A DNA stretch of 63,670 nt, filler included, from Catajapyx aquilonaris (Eukaryota), in assembly GCA_000934665.2 (NCBI GenBank). It is 4 parts of 4 records of this genome, joined end to end, with 100 filler letters (N's around TTAATTAATTAA, not from the genome) between each part and the next. Parts side by side here need not be neighbours in the genome. Positions count along the whole stretch, not along the records: positions 1 to 15,843 come from JYFJ02007371.1; 3 more parts are not named here. The stretch is one strand, 5' to 3'. The position numbers and the translations under genes were made by a program. Shown here piece by piece: positions 1-15,000 of the stretch. Each line of letters opens with the position of its first letter. Within the stretch, counting starts at the first letter, position 1. The notes beneath the pieces were generated by a model. That model did not search any database, had not been told where the DNA came from, and was given only the letters and a program-made list of their open reading frames with translations.

Positions 1-2490
1 TGGCCGGGATCGTGAGGGGCGTAACCCGCCGAACCCGCACCCGCACCGCAGGCGGAGGTTAGGGACCACTGAACTAGAGCCGGGGACAAATTGCCCCGAG
101 CCGGGGTCCAAACTCACCCCTAAGACGCCTGGGTTCAAACATGGCGCCCGGGTGACGCGTGGCTTACCGACGCCACCGGAATATCCCTGCCATCCTGCGT
201 CTAGTAGCTGCCACAAAGGTGTATCCTGACTCCTTTCCATCTACGTGATGAGTCTGCCAAGTGTCACTTACAAGTGAGTGTAACTAGACTGATGGCAATG
301 GGTACAACACATGTGGCATGCGGTGCACATCGAGATGATAACGGAATATACCCGCCATTTTGTGTGCCTCGCGGTTGTACCTTGTACAGGGTGTTCCAAA
401 CAGCGGTTATCCTTGTTTATAACTTGTTCAAAAGTAACTGATCAGCTGACTAACTAATATGGGAAATACAGTGTTTACAGGGAGGGTCGCTTACATGATG
501 TAGTGACTTGGATGGCAATGGCTGTAGTGACATAAACCAACGGACTCAGCATGGGTCAGGTCAGCATGACCGCGAATGGTCAGCGGGCGGGCTTGGGGGT
601 ATCCCTTCGGAAGCACGGTAGCCGGCTTCGATAACTCAGTTTAGGGAGTGTTAATGGAGGCAGAAGAAGGCGAAGAGAGGCCGAGGCTTGGAACCCATCC
701 CCCTTTTACTTCATTGCTGCCTCGTAAAGTGGCCAGGCCACAAAGGGGGGTGGTCCTCGCCCTTCCCTTTCTTTCTTTTCTGACACCTTTGGACCCCCAT
801 TCATTCTGGCCAGGTCCAGGTGGGAGAGGTGGCATCTCCGACTTTCCTTTTTTTAAGGACCCCTCACCCTCACCACCACCACCAGCAGCCTACCTATACC
901 TTCGAAGTCTCCCTTCGTGTCTGGGTGTCTGTCTGTTTCGGCAGATGGATCCTTGAACTTGGGCGTTTAGCACCAGACCGTGTCGTTAGGGCCTCAAGAA
1001 TGTGTTCTCATAGGTAGTCAGCACTTTTAAGAGTCGAAATGCGTAAGGGGATAGCCAAACGTTTGGTCTGAAGTGAACCGTGGGAATTATTCTTAAAAGT
1101 AGTGTCAAGGCATTAGTCCATTTAGCGCCAAGTTCATGGGCCTTTCTGATTTTCATGTTTAAGGCAGGTATGGCCGTGAGTACTTTGCATATCCCTTGCA
1201 TTGACGTCCTCTGTTCTCGGCCCCTTGGGTTGGTTGCTGATTCAGCATGTTGATGTGAATACAAATTGATGAATATTAACACCAGAGCACAGCAGAGTGA
1301 TTTACCGCTTGAAAGTTTTTCACCACGTCTATTTCAATTTACGCAGTTTATATTAATTGCAGCAGAATATGCATGCATCAATACTAAATAATCGAACAAT
1401 AGTGTGTTTCACAATCATTCAACGGTACAGAAAGTTGGACTGCATCATGAGTCTTGATCGTTAATTGCTCATAAATGTAAGTCGAACGACTGAAATAATC
1501 GATTGATTTATTTAGACTACAGTTAGCTTTTATAGTTGTCTATTCACACGTCATTGTAAGAGGTCTATCATAAAAGATCAGAATGCAGCCACCGCCCAAT
1601 GCACTAAATAGAATCATACCTTCATGTAGGACTTGAACCTGATTGCGCTTGGTGCACTTGATCAAAATTATTGTAAAATGCGCTTCAACAATGGAGTACG
1701 TTCACCTCGATATGTACTGGATATATGATGTGCAATCCAATAGCCCTCATTTGCGGTTGCCCGAAATCGCCCGAAATAGTTCTCTATTTATCATGATCTC
1801 AGTCTGTTACATGAACGCATACTTGTCTGAATCATTCTGTATTATTCTCTGGTGACTTAACAGCACGTCATGTTTACCTATCAAACTCGCAGAACTCACT
1901 GGCCTCTATCGTGTTCATCTTTTAAGCAGTAGCAATACCAATAACCTTTCTTACAACTCAGGTTATATTTGGCCTGTTTCCGACACGCACCTGCTTAAAA
2001 ATTCCTCATGTATTCGCGAAGGTACAGTACAAAGTTATATCCCCTTGGATTGCTTGTTGGATGCAATTATGATAGTAAATTATCGCGCTGGCATAAAAGC
2101 CAGCTTACAACAAACGAAAATTTGATAATAGTTGCTTCCTGTCGCTTCCTTTTTGAACACTGGATGGTTATATAGGAACCAGGAGAATATGAAATTCGCG
2201 CAATAACCATTCGATACCTATCATTATATAGATATGTGACTGCGCATGTGTTGCATTCTGAGCAAACTTAACAACTCCAAAGGGCCCGTGTTGGATGAAA
2301 ACACACCCATGCGGGGTATATCAAAGGGGTATCATTTGTCCATATACTTGTCGCTGTGGAAAGGTAATGACAGACTTTTTGTTTATGCGAAGTGCGAAAT
2401 TCCTCACGAATCTCAATCGTTATATATTTTTTGCTCACCTTTTGCACACCGCTTCTTTTCAAGAGGGGGTTGTGCTCTTTAATCAGGCTC

Positions 2491-3064
2491 TAACTCGAAA
2501 ATAGAGTTTTCGTGACCCAAAAATTGGCGTGGACAAGGCATGTAAAGTTGTTGCTGGGTTGAAGGATAGGTGCAATTTCTTCGGGAATTGAATCAAACTG
2601 GACAAGAGGCAGTATCAAGAAGAGGTTTTCATGCGGTTGATCACGTACAGCCTCAAGGTAACTTCTTTTTGTCCTGATGAGGAAAAAAAAAACGTGGCAC
2701 CCGAGCCGTGTCTTTGTTATTATAGTCCTCGTGCCATGGTGCGAACGAAACATAACTTCATTACACTGCACCTGGACCATACCGTGTACGGCCACCGGCG
2801 CAATAATTAAATGGGCTGAAATGTATGGGACAACACACGCAACACGGTTAAGAGAGTTTGTCACGACTCTCTGGATGATATTGTGGTTATGTCCGAAATG
2901 GAATGTTTATTTATTATTTACTATTGGTAAAAACAGGCCCAAAAAGTGCAGTTTTGAGACTTTTTCCTGAACAAGGTCGCTGTAATAGTCCGAAATTTGT
3001 TTAGGTCGTCCGGACATTCAAACATACGTACGAACTTTCTGCTTTATTATAATTAAAGCAAGAT
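2491..3064 (+). mobile_element. Possible non-autonomous Helitron/Helentron-type element
   Basis: Ends in ...aaacatacgtacgaactttctgctttattataattaaagcaagat, resembling the 3' ends of arthropod non-autonomous rolling-circle elements. Boundaries approximate; single copy in the window. Confidence 0.3.
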
Positions 3065-6000
3065 TAGGACAATTCTATGATTTTTGTATTGATGTTCACA
3101 ATGCGCAAGCCACTTGCTGGAGTACTCAGTACAATGCCACGTACCTTCTCCAAAAAAAATGCTGATCCAAAATAGCACTGTTGCTGAAAGATTTCATTGA
3201 AGACAGCTGTCGGACAGGACGCCAATGGAATGTTCACCTATCAACAGGGAATTTACGGCATGTCATGTGCCAGTTAAGCCTTTAGAGTAGCGGTAGCTCG
3301 GAGAGTCCATCTTAGTACTTTGTTCCCCCCCTCTTTTTCTGCACTACCTTCCCCCAATTTTCTTGTGAGTGAGGCCCGGTTGTGCAAGCAGTTGGCTTCT
3401 AAAAGGAGGTATCTTGACAGGTATGACAGGCAACCGGCTGCCAATCCGGACGTCCCGTTCATCGAAGAGGCCCGGGGTGCAAAACATCAACGGACATGCC
3501 CACCTAGGAGTGTCGCTTATGTATATATAAAAAAAAGGAGCTGGCGCAGACACGCAGATTAAGCTGTTGCCCCTGTGTGCGCTTACAAATAGCCTCATTG
3601 CAGGCTAGATCAATAGCCCAATGATACGTGAAAGAGCACGGGGGCATAGAGGAAGAGGGGGTTACAAAAGGGGACACAAAAAAATAGAAATCCGGTTCGG
3701 TAGTATATGGTGAGGATAGAAATATTTTTAGGTGCAGTAAGGGGTGCAGTGATCGTCTTCAGACTTGATTTCAAGGTAGACTAACCTGGTAAACGATGGG
3801 GGCAATTTTTTTGTCTCAAGGCAGCATTGGCAGGATGCTGGTTATCTTGGTCACAGGGGCGTATCGATGAATGGCAAGGACTCGCCTTGCTTCTAACGGG
3901 ACAGAAATCGGAGGATAACAGGGATCAATTTTCCAGCACAACACATGCAGGAGGGCCCGCTTTTTTTTATATGTCCACAATTGGAAACGTAACGGCGGCC
4001 ATGTTTTTGGGCGTTGTTGCTTTTTATTTTGGGGGAGATCCGGGTGTTCCTACGCGGATAACCTGGCCTACTCTGCAACTTTCTCATGCCTATATATATT
4101 TTTATTAAAGGGTGTAATCAATCGGTAGGATGATGATGACTTTCTGATTTGAAATGTTTGAGGGCTGATAATGCTTATATTTGTGGCCAGACTTTCAGCG
4201 AATTATTCAGCAATTATATCATGCTGCTCAATAATTATTGAATATTATGGTAGTAATAAAAATTGCTGCAGTAATGTTGGCATGATAGGGGTAAATTTAT
4301 ATTCTAGCTATGCGAGAAAAGTTGATGAAATTTTACTGTGACGAGAGAAAAACATCATAAATTGTAATAAACTCTGGTTTGTCTTCAAGAATGGAGAAGT
4401 GGTTATCCTTGATATCTCACTTAAGTGATTATAAAATTCTAATGTATATGCAAGGCCCCCGATTTGTTGTGATAAGTGTATAATACTCGTATATGAAATG
4501 GAATTTTCAGCACCTTTTGTTTGAACTCAGCTTCCAATAAGTTCCGGTTCTACACCATCGCAGCTGATAATCCAGAAGCAAATTAAGTTCCCCTTAATAA
4601 GCACTTATCCATGCATCTAAAAAAAGGAACTTTGCCCGCAGCACTTGCATTGTAAACCCCATCGCGTACAAGTCTTAATTACCTGCATCTATGGGCCGTT
4701 TTCTTCCGTGGTCCTCTATAAAAAAAATTAATTGCCCCTTGTTTGAATAGGAGGAAGAGAGTGTGCAGTAATCAATCAGTGGGTTGGCCAAAAACTCTTT
4801 TGGGAGCCACCGTTTTGCGGTAGGTGGCCAATGGCCGCGACCCCGACCGAGTGGAAAGTGGCCTAACTAGGAGCGATAGAGAGATTCTAAAAAGAGATAC
4901 CGTACTGCTGGGTTAAAAGAAGTCGATGGGAGTTCGAGACGTGAGTCGCATAAATCTGGCGGAACAAGAATTTTTCTCCCGGTCCTAAGTGCCAATATAA
5001 ATGTGTGGGCTTCACATGTGGACTCATCTTGATCTTTTTTGGAGGCCCCGCCGAAACGCTGCATTGTACTGTCTTCTTCCAGCACTGCCGACACAGCACA
5101 CACCCATTGCCACTTCTGCAGATCAAGGAACCGAGAAAACAGGTTATCGTTCTATGGTTCGCAACTGGACCGGCAACTTGCTATGTACTCGACCTGGACG
5201 TGCACTTACACGGTGTTTATTTTCGGATCCGGAAAGGTCAGGCTGTATACCGTTTGGCGTCCAAAAAAAATTAGAAAGAAAAAAAACAGCTATGTTTTAG
5301 AAATGCTAGTGCAAATGTACAAGTGTGAAGTGAGTCATTTGACATGAATAGAGATTATTTTATTACAGTCATTAACGCTGTATTGTATGCAATTGTAATG
5401 CGCCTATAGCTATCGTTAGATAAGTCTCCAAGGAGGAGAGCAAATAATAAAAAATAGAGAGTATTTTACGACAACAAGCAGAACTAGATCTGACGTGTAC
5501 TGCGGAGGATGCGTTCCTGTTTATTTTATTGCCTAGGAGGTGGAGGCAATTTGAGAAAAAAAGGTTCTCCGATTGCCAGACCAACATTTTTGTTTTGCAC
5601 CCAAAAGCCCTCCTATTCCCTAAAAGTAATAGGGTCGTCGTTTAACATTCCACTTACTTAAAACCGGGGCCCGTTAGGGACAATTCTGTCTTAATGACAT
5701 GCACAAAGACACTCTTCCGCAGCATATTTATGGAACATTCTCTTTGTGCGCGTCTTGAATCGGGGACAGATACTTGTGTCCTTCTTCTTCCTTGATGCTG
5801 GGGCTACCATCCACCCAAGTTCAAGGCACCGCGGGGGACAACCACTGAAAAATGCGGCCATCATACAGACAGCAATCCGGTATATTCACCAAAGGCGCGA
5901 TTATTTCTGTACCGTTTTTTTCAGGCTGTGTAATGGCGCTGATTCATGAGGAGAGGTCACGTGTAGCCCCGGGGTCATCCTCCAGCTCTCATCGAGGGTT

Positions 6001-9000
6001 CGTTTCTCTCCGCTACTCTACACCCATGGACGGGCGAGATTAATTTGGTGGCATTCCAGTGGGATGGACACGAAGACTTTTTTTTCTTTTTTTCAAACTG
6101 CTTGATGGCCATAAGGCACGGTCTAAACTCAGGACATTTTCAATGCTGGAAAAAGTTCTCGGTTTCGGAGCTTGCTTTTAGGTCCTACCGCTGACTGGAA
6201 GTGGAATCTCGTAGAGTAATTTTTCATCAAAGGCATCAGTGGAAAAAAGAAGGGACAAAAAAGGATGGAAAATGACACTCGTGAACTTGTCCGGAGAGTG
6301 AAGGTTATTTATTATGTACATGTTATGCCGATTTTAAAATGTCTGAAAACTTGTCTCAATATGTACTAGATGAACTGAAGGACATCACAATAATTTGGTC
6401 AAAATTAAAATATAATCGAATATTTATCACTTATGGCTTATTCATACAACCAGCCTTGATACATTAATACCAGTTGACCAACTAATTTTGTTCTTTAGCC
6501 TTTCAGTAAAATTAGGTTGTAATTTTTATGTGGTGGCAACACAATGTTTTGTCTGTAATTCCCAACAAGGCTGACTGTGAGCCCAGAAGCTAGGTCTGTT
6601 TATAAAATAAGCCAAGAAATTTCCACAGACAACTGGGCCCTATCTAGAATCCATAAATTGCCATTTAAAAAAAGAAAACTTGTTTTGAAAAACGCAAAAA
6701 AAAGAAGAAGCTTGTAGTCAGGCACATTTAGTAGATGTTGCACCCTCGAAGGGGTCACGACCGGACCAAAAACCACGCCGTACCGGGCCCTCTTATAATA
6801 CACAGAGCCAAGCAAGCACACGTGTGTCAACTAAGCAAGGCAATGCTGAAAAGATTCGGGTTCCATGGCCCATGTGACGAATCCGGAGATGAGAAATTGC
6901 GTAGGGTAGGGGGTCAGAATGGGCCAAATGGCGGTTGGAAAAGTCTCAAGCAAAAAGGGTTAGAAAAGGAGAGACTTCAGACGGCGAGGAGTGGCTTTTG
7001 CTAAGGAACGTTGCTCTGGGCATAAGGGTGTGGTTCATCATCCACATGACCTTGTTACTTGAACCTGCTGGCCCGTCGGGGGTGTGTGGAAGAAACATGT
7101 ACAAAAAGGTAGTGCTATTCCTTATTTTTGTGTGTGTTCGAAATGTACATTTGTCTCCAAGTTTTTTTTTGATGTCTTCTTGGAGAAAAATGGTGGGGCG
7201 TGTAATGCGCAGGCGCTGGGATGTACTTGATGAGCGGTGCAGAGCAGGGTGAAGCGGGAAGGGAATTTGTCACCCGTCAGTCCCATTCAACCCAGCCAGG
7301 GATTCAGACAGCACTAGACACTCGGACCCACTTTTTCAGCAGGACTGAAAGAAGAATAAGGCTGGGTGGGTGGTGTATGTTACTGCGTTCCAATCGATTG
7401 AGGAGGATCCAAAAGCTAGTTTGCTGAAAATATGCAATAATCCGGATGATTAAGCGGAGGAGTTGGGATTTAAGCCATCTGGTGGCTAAACTACGATGAA
7501 GATCTTTACGCCGAAAACAGGTCGGCATTCCTGGAGACTATTTCTAGGCGCAGCTCATTAAGATAGCATAATGGATAAAAAGCGACACACCTGTTTAATT
7601 TGGGAGCCTGGAGCGCCCTTCTTCGCTACCATCTGAACCAAAAGGCATCCCCGAACTACAGAAAGTGTGCCGTTCTGGGAAAAAAAACGCTTCCTGGTTG
7701 GACAAAATTATTTAGACCCCCATCATTGCCAGTAGTGACATTAGACTTCACATTAGCATAGAAGCAAGGTATATTTTGCAATATTCCTCTGAGGCGATAA
7801 GAAAGTGTAGTGGCGACAAATCCGAGGGAAGGTTGCTCCTTGCCTTTGCCGGGGCCTTCCATTTCTCACTGCCGAAATCACATGGAGCTGATGGAACGTG
7901 AGGCACACCCAAACACTGTTCCTCTTCATCCTGCGGGCGGCTGCAAGCTGACGGGCGAGCTTTTTGGAGGGGCCTCTCGACCAAGCTGATTACTCTGTAA
8001 TTACAATCAATCCCCTTCGCGGCCAGAAGCAGTGAAGTGCAGGGATGGCAAGCTGCGCGTTAGTACGAGTGATGTCTTCATCGCCATGGCTTGCTTGCTT
8101 CCTTCTCGTCCATATACCTACTCCAAAAACCAGGCATAGCCAGAGGGTCCTTATCTATGGGGGGGACTTGATGGCAAACCAAGCAGAGAGGGGGGGTAGG
8201 AAGGAATATAGTCAAAATGACCCCGAAGCTAGTCGCTGGGATGGAAAGAGCGTTTGGCCCCCCAGGACACTCGTTTACTGCTGGTGAGCGAAAAAAGATA
8301 TGCGCGGACCATGAGACATAAGCGCACCAAGATGCAATCTCGGCTTAATGCGACAAATTACAGGTGGAAGCTCCACCAGGGCGAAAATGTTCACACGATG
8401 ACGGCACACGTTCCGTTGTCGTAATCACGGGGGTCCCCGGCGGTGAGATCTTACGGGCTCCTGGGGATGGGAAATTATGTTTTATCCGCGGTCCGGAGGG
8501 GGTCGAAGGTCGAGGCGGGTCAGTCAATTTGGGCTACCGCGAAAGCATGACCTACTCCAAAGAGGTCATTGAGAAATTTATTGGTTCGTGTCGGACAATT
8601 GCTGTTGCCTTGGAATGGATTCCACTGCTAATTATTGTGGACCATGTATGAGCATGCTCTAAATTATATTTTTAAAATACAGTTATCATCATTCTTTCCA
8701 TATTAAAACGTTTAGAAGTTGGGAACGGTATGCTGCTCCTTCCATAATTTTATATCGGCACGTCATAACGGGGGCGAATGAATATGATTGTGACACTGTC
8801 CTTTTTTAAAGCAACGAACAGAATTTTTTCCAGTATATTACGTTCCATAGGTGCCGCTTGGTTCATAAGCGCACAGAAAAGGCGTCCGGTTCACATGATT
8901 GCGGGACAGCAATCTTTATGCCTCTCTCATTAAAAATACGGCTCCGGCATTAGCTGTGAAGAATCGCTGGGCTTCTTATCTTTCGCAGTTATAGGTCCTT

Positions 9001-12000
9001 TCTTGCAAGGAGGTTTTATTTCCCCCAAGCCGCATGCAAGAGGCTCCCGTGGGAAATAGCCGAGGAAAATGTTCATGTATGATACCCTTTTTTCATCCTC
9101 TTTTGTTCAGGGGTCGAAGTGGGCAAATAGAAGTCATTTCCGTAGCAAGGTAGCCCCCAAGGTAGGCTAATGAGAAAGAAAATGTGGAAGCTTGGGAAAG
9201 GGAGAAATTCTCAGGGCAATCTTCCAATTGCCTCGTGCACACATACACTTTGTCAACCCCCGCTAATTTTTTTTTTGGGGAGAACTTCTAGTCCCAGATT
9301 TCCGGAAAAGAATCCTGCTCTCAATCCGTACGTGAGAAGAGGTGATGAAGGCCTGATAAACATACAAGGAAGCCCAACATCCCGCCCACCTTTTGTCAGT
9401 ACTCATAAAACAAGGGCCTCTCCGACAACTATTTTATGTTTGTCTGCGGCTAATTACTCTTGATCAACAATAACGGGAAAATGAGAGCCAGACTTTTCCA
9501 TGGGGTATAGAATCCTTCCGTTGTTGTATTGTGAAGGTGCAGCATGGGTCCCTAGTAAAAGTCCCCATAAGATCAAGGGGTCAGGATTGCATGCGGGCTA
9601 CCCGTTACTAAACGCTGGTTTTCCCGCGCTCTTAGAACTGCCCTCTCCTTATTCGTGCTTTTTGGCGTGAGTCAATCCAATTACACTACAGTGAGCATGA
9701 TAACTAACGCACTGATTTTTTGGGGGGAAGGTAAAAAAAATCAGAGAGCGTCCATCAATATTGTGGAAACCTAACAATTCGTGAGGATTGCCCAGAAGCC
9801 AATTTGGAAGGAATCTGCTCGATTCGTGAAGTTTGGACGTGCGTGGTAGCTGGCATTTTGTGCCGATTACCCCCTAATTCTGCGACTAAGGGAAGGCCTT
9901 ATTCCAGACATGGCCTCCGGTTCGTTCACGGAAAAAAATAGGAATGAAGAAAAAAACAAAAAGGTAGAAAATCACAGACCTTTGCTAACTACCTACCTGT
10001 GCTCTCATCAGGAGACACCGAAACGGTCGGTCGTGAGGATTGCTCTCGATGCTGTGAAAGGTCTGTGTTTCTCATGGGCTTCCCATAAGATTGGGAGGAA
10101 GTATATATGGGATCTTGTGTGACTCTTGTGGACGTGGGCAGCCCAGGGGCAAGAATCTGCGAAAATGGTTCAAATTAGCTGCTACATTGCGTTTCGGGGA
10201 AATGAAGTGAAGGTATACTGCCTGCTTGGTAATGATATAGGAAGGGAAAATATTAGATGGGATATCTGCGCTACCTAATTTTGTCGGTAGTTTTTTTCAA
10301 ATTCAAGTCGAATTGTAACAGAATTGAATTATTGAGAAACATGGACCACTTTCATCATCACATGGCATATAGAGTAAACACCCTAACTAATGAGGAAGTG
10401 TATCATAAAAAGCTCGAGGGGTGGTAATTTTCTTTATTCTTGTATGGAGAGGTCTGTAAACATCATATACTGTACATCTTCAAACGCAAAAAAATGTGAA
10501 GCGACCTGCGCAATTTGGCCATGAGTGTTTTCAAGAGGTCATTGGGGTGACAATCCAGTCTGATGAGCGGGTTTTCTTACGGGATCTTCCTCCAGATTTC
10601 CCATCTTGAAACCTGCATTATTGCACTGCGTTCAATTATGCAGAGTCACACACGGAAATTATCCTCAGTACCGGAGGTTTTAGTCTTCGTGTTGTACCGG
10701 ACTAGTTATGGCCTCGGCCTTCAGATGCCAGATAGTTGTGACATAATGAGCGATTCGAGTGATGGATTTAGTTCCAGGGTGACTGGTGTATAAGAATACG
10801 TGACGAGATAATGAGAGTGAGCTCGTAGCTTCACGCACCGGCTCTTACATAATTTATGCTAGCTAATAGGACTTGTGTTATCCTTTGCATACAATTTTAA
10901 TCCGAAGGAACCGTCCATTCTTCCTCTCCACCCATAAATGCCTGCTCCAAGAGTTATTTACCCGACACTGCATCACTAATTTGGCAAAGAGTGAATAAAT
11001 CACGCGGCACCAACTGGGCGTTTCTGGCAACGTTGAAATAATTAGTCGTAATTGAATACCTGGGATTAGCTGAAGATTATAACCTAAAGAAAAATGGTTG
11101 CAGCAATTGGCTTCTTTCAGCAACGCCACGCCCTACTGTACAACAGATCATATAATACAGTCTGCCAGATCATATGTGAGTGTGTGTGTGTATGCGTGTG
11201 TTGATCTCCAGTCGCCCTCTTTTCCGGCCCAGATGGTTCTTTGTATTCGTGCAGTCCAAATGCCATTGACCTCTCATAAAGCGCATGTGTTATTAGTGTA
11301 CCGATTTGCAAAAAGCCCTCGGCACGACCGTTGTCCATTCGGCCCCCAGCCAACTTTGGGTCTAGTCTTACGCATAAAAACTAGTTAGAAGCATAGGTTG
11401 ATATCAGATGCAAATTAGAAAGCCCGTGTGCCGTTTGGAAAATTTCTCGAAACTAGCTTTGCTTGTTTTTGGTGGATAACTGTTCGGAAGGTGCTAATTG
11501 TCTGGTAGATTTATTGCCGGGATGACATGGGATAACTCTCGTTTCCCAGGCAGGCAGAGAGGGGGTAAGGAAAGGCCAAAAGAAAAGAAAAAAAACGTTG
11601 TTGCTACAGAGGGAGGTTTCCGAGTAATTTAGTGTGAGACCAGAATTTGCTGTCTTAGAATAATAATTAAGCAATGGGCTCGACGATTCTAGTCACAGAT
11701 CTCCAAACCTGTAATTGTTTTAGCGGCGAACATAAGCCACAGTAAATCTAGGGTATTGAACAAATTAAGGCGGGGTATATCTAAGCCACAAAGCGTGGGC
11801 ACAAGAATAACAAGGAGTGTCTTCAAGAAAAGGTTCAACCCTACTATTGGAATGCGAATCTGTTTTGACGAAGAGTTCACATGACTCGACTGTGTGAATA
11901 CTTAAAATATCAAGTAGCGGTACATTTTTGTCTTGCGACGTGCTAATGTTTATATACCGGTACTCCCAGGGACTGGAAATACCGGCACTTAATTAACATG

Positions 12001-15000
12001 GAAGTGCTTTGCCCATTATTGGCACCTGTCCCCCCTTCACATCGTGCAAAAAAAATTGCAAAACTTGGACTAAGAACGGGTTGAAATATGAGCCTAGAAA
12101 ATGGCGGTTGGGAAAAAGCAATGTTGGGGCCACCCCCTGCCGAGAATTTTCCCCTCATTTTGCACCATCAATGCACCCCATCTCCTAATAAGTCCCATGT
12201 ACCGACGTTACTGGACTTCTCTCACCCTGCTCGGCACAAACAATGCGGGTCTTTTCATATTTTATCCGACGACCTGTTTTTCTCCTCTCCCCGCCATTAA
12301 TTTAGCCCCTTTTTTAGCGAAATTTTCAAAGGGGGGGGGGGGGGAAAGGCTGAATTGTAAGACGGTCCTATTGTTGAAGATGGGAACAGGCTCATAGGGC
12401 TGGTGGTTTTTAGAAGGAACATGAGGGGGGGGGAGAAGGCCCCCACGTGCTGATAGATGGGGTGACAGGTTGGCCGGCTGGCGAATGGCACAAGGCCCCG
12501 ACTCATAAATTGCCCAAAAGCGTCGAAAAGTCCTCTTAATTTGGCGGGAAAATGCTGGGGCTTTACCCTGGGTAATGTGTTGCTTCCCTGCTGAGCATTT
12601 GTTGGCCACGGCAAAACAGGAAACCTTTTTTTAAGAATTGGGGGAGAGAACCTTAAATCACTTGGTTTCTATGAGTTTATTGAAAAAGTGGCTACTGTTG
12701 GTGCCCGATTTAAAAAAAAAACATCCGGTGGCTCTTAAAAAATTCCTGGATTGTTGTGTTTTTCGCACTTTTTGGTGGGGAGAAAGATGGTACAGCGGGT
12801 GTAGGTCGAAAGGACCATCTGTCCTGTTTTCCCCCTAGAGAGGGGGGGAAAGATTGCGAAGACAAACCACCAAGTGAGCGACACTTTCCTCCCCCACAAA
12901 GTCCCCTCACCTTAAAGCCCTCCCTTCAGAAAAGTGGCAAGAGCTCCGGAAGGAATTTCTCAACTCCTGATAAAAATCGAGTGGACCCTACCAGAGACAG
13001 GGAGGGTGCCAAAGAAAGAAAAAAAAACCATGCCGCCTGTGAAAAGTGAAACTTTTTCATCTTATTGTTACGCCTGTCACTCCACTGCCTTGAAAAGTAT
13101 AAATTTATTTAAGTCCTGCTGGTGTCCCCCACATTGAAAAAAATGCGATGATAAATTATGTAGTATTCGTCTTGTCTACTGGTGAAAGGAGCTAAGTTTA
13201 GTTCCACGTGCTGGATGACCCAGTACACATATCCGTATTCATTGTCATACTGCAGTATAGGGTCCAAGGTGAAGTTTCAGAACAATCGTACTGACCTCTA
13301 GGGGGGGAAATGTTAGCGAAAGGACCCGAATCGCGACTAAAAGCGGTTAGAGAAGCTCCCCTTAATATATAGGAAGGGGGCAAGAATGTCCCCTGAGGGA
13401 AGAGGAAGTTCAAAAGCAGGTCCTCCTCTCACAAGCCTGACTTCCTGATGTGGTCGCCTTGATCCCCCAATTAGAAAACCCAGCCATTCGGGTTTAAGTA
13501 AAAGCCTGTGAACCGCATTGGGGATTCATGGGGGTTCTCCCTCATAAAGTCAAAGGGTGGTCTTGAAACCTCTCCCCTGATATATTTTTTTAACGGTATA
13601 TATCCCTGAGGACTCCTATCGATTTCGCAGCAGAATAGTCACCTGGGAAGGAATTAAGCTTATTTGGCGGCAGGCCCAGAGGCGAACAAGTTTTGTGTGA
13701 AACCGCAAGCATATGCAGGCGAAAAGGGTTTCCCGCAGGCCCCCCTTTGGAGCATTGAGGCCAGTGGCTGCTCCGATTTTCTGTGTCGCTGCCTCGGCAT
13801 AATCGGGGTGCCAGAGGAGGACGCAGGCCTTCTTTTCTCAACCCTCATAGTGGCCCACCCCATTTAAACCGATGGGAAACTTGGGTCTAGAGAGGCTCCT
13901 GTTTCAAACCCGACTTCATTTACCCCAATGCTGTTTGCCACTATAACGACATGTGGATGGTGTGATGGACTCGCCCTGTTGATTAAGGCTAGCTAGGGAA
14001 GGGAGGGTTACCTACTGGTTCCAGGAATTTGATGAGGAGGAATCCGGAAAATCAGGAACGAATTAGTGGACTTGGAAGAGGGGGGAAGGTTAATGGGAGA
14101 AAAATGTGGAATTACGCACAATGAGAATGTAAATAGATGAGGTAAGCAGCTGCCCTGTCCAGGAATGTCCAGCTGATTAATTGGACGGTGTTACGCAGTG
14201 ATGTGTCAACCCACAAAAAATGTCAAGCCCATGAACATATACCCAAAGGATCGTACTTCATTCAATTAGAATCATTCTGACGAAATCTGCATACTTCTGC
14301 CATAAATCATAAATGACCGAAAAGGACACTGAATTAATTTCACAGGTGTGACTATTTTTATCAAAACTGTTATCATTATTGCATAACACAGTCCAATTAG
14401 CCCACAAACGTCACATTTCCCCCCCAATTCTATTAAACTGCAATAATTCACCCTCACCCTTCTTAAAAATGTAGATCTGACTTCTTCTTGCAAAGTCCAG
14501 TATTTGTACGGCTTAATGTCACGGAGGTCCGAGTGATCGGGCATAAATTGCCTGTCCCCAACCCTTTTGTTGTCCGAGCATGGTGGGGCGTATAATTTGA
14601 TTATGATTAACCCCTGCATTGTTGCGAGTTGTGAAGCAGAGGGGTGTGAGTCAGACACAAAAGGCGAGAGACCCAATCTCCATTTCAATTTTTAAAATCC
14701 TCATTGTTGAGTTTGCGGGGGCACACAGTTGCCGGGGACTTTTTCTTGGCTTCAGTTTTGTGTGTGTGTGTCTAACCCCTTCATAACCCCCTAACATTTT
14801 CAATCCCCGGGTACAGTATGGGTATAATTAATTTTTCTTCGTGATCTCTCTTGTCAGGGGTTCGAAATTTTCAGCCGTCAAAACCTCCATCCAAGGTATT
14901 TATTTTCGCTTAAATCCGCTGCAGTTGGCAATTTTCTCACAAAACGTGTGTTAATTGCCCATAGGGGGGAGATGGTCATGATGGTGACAAAAAAGGCTTT

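Noticed and set aside
168..240. Possible minus-strand exon (MERSQDTPLWQLLDAGWQGYSGGV|gtaagc)
   Set aside because: Good donor site but no recognisable protein, ambiguous frame and no partner exon in view.
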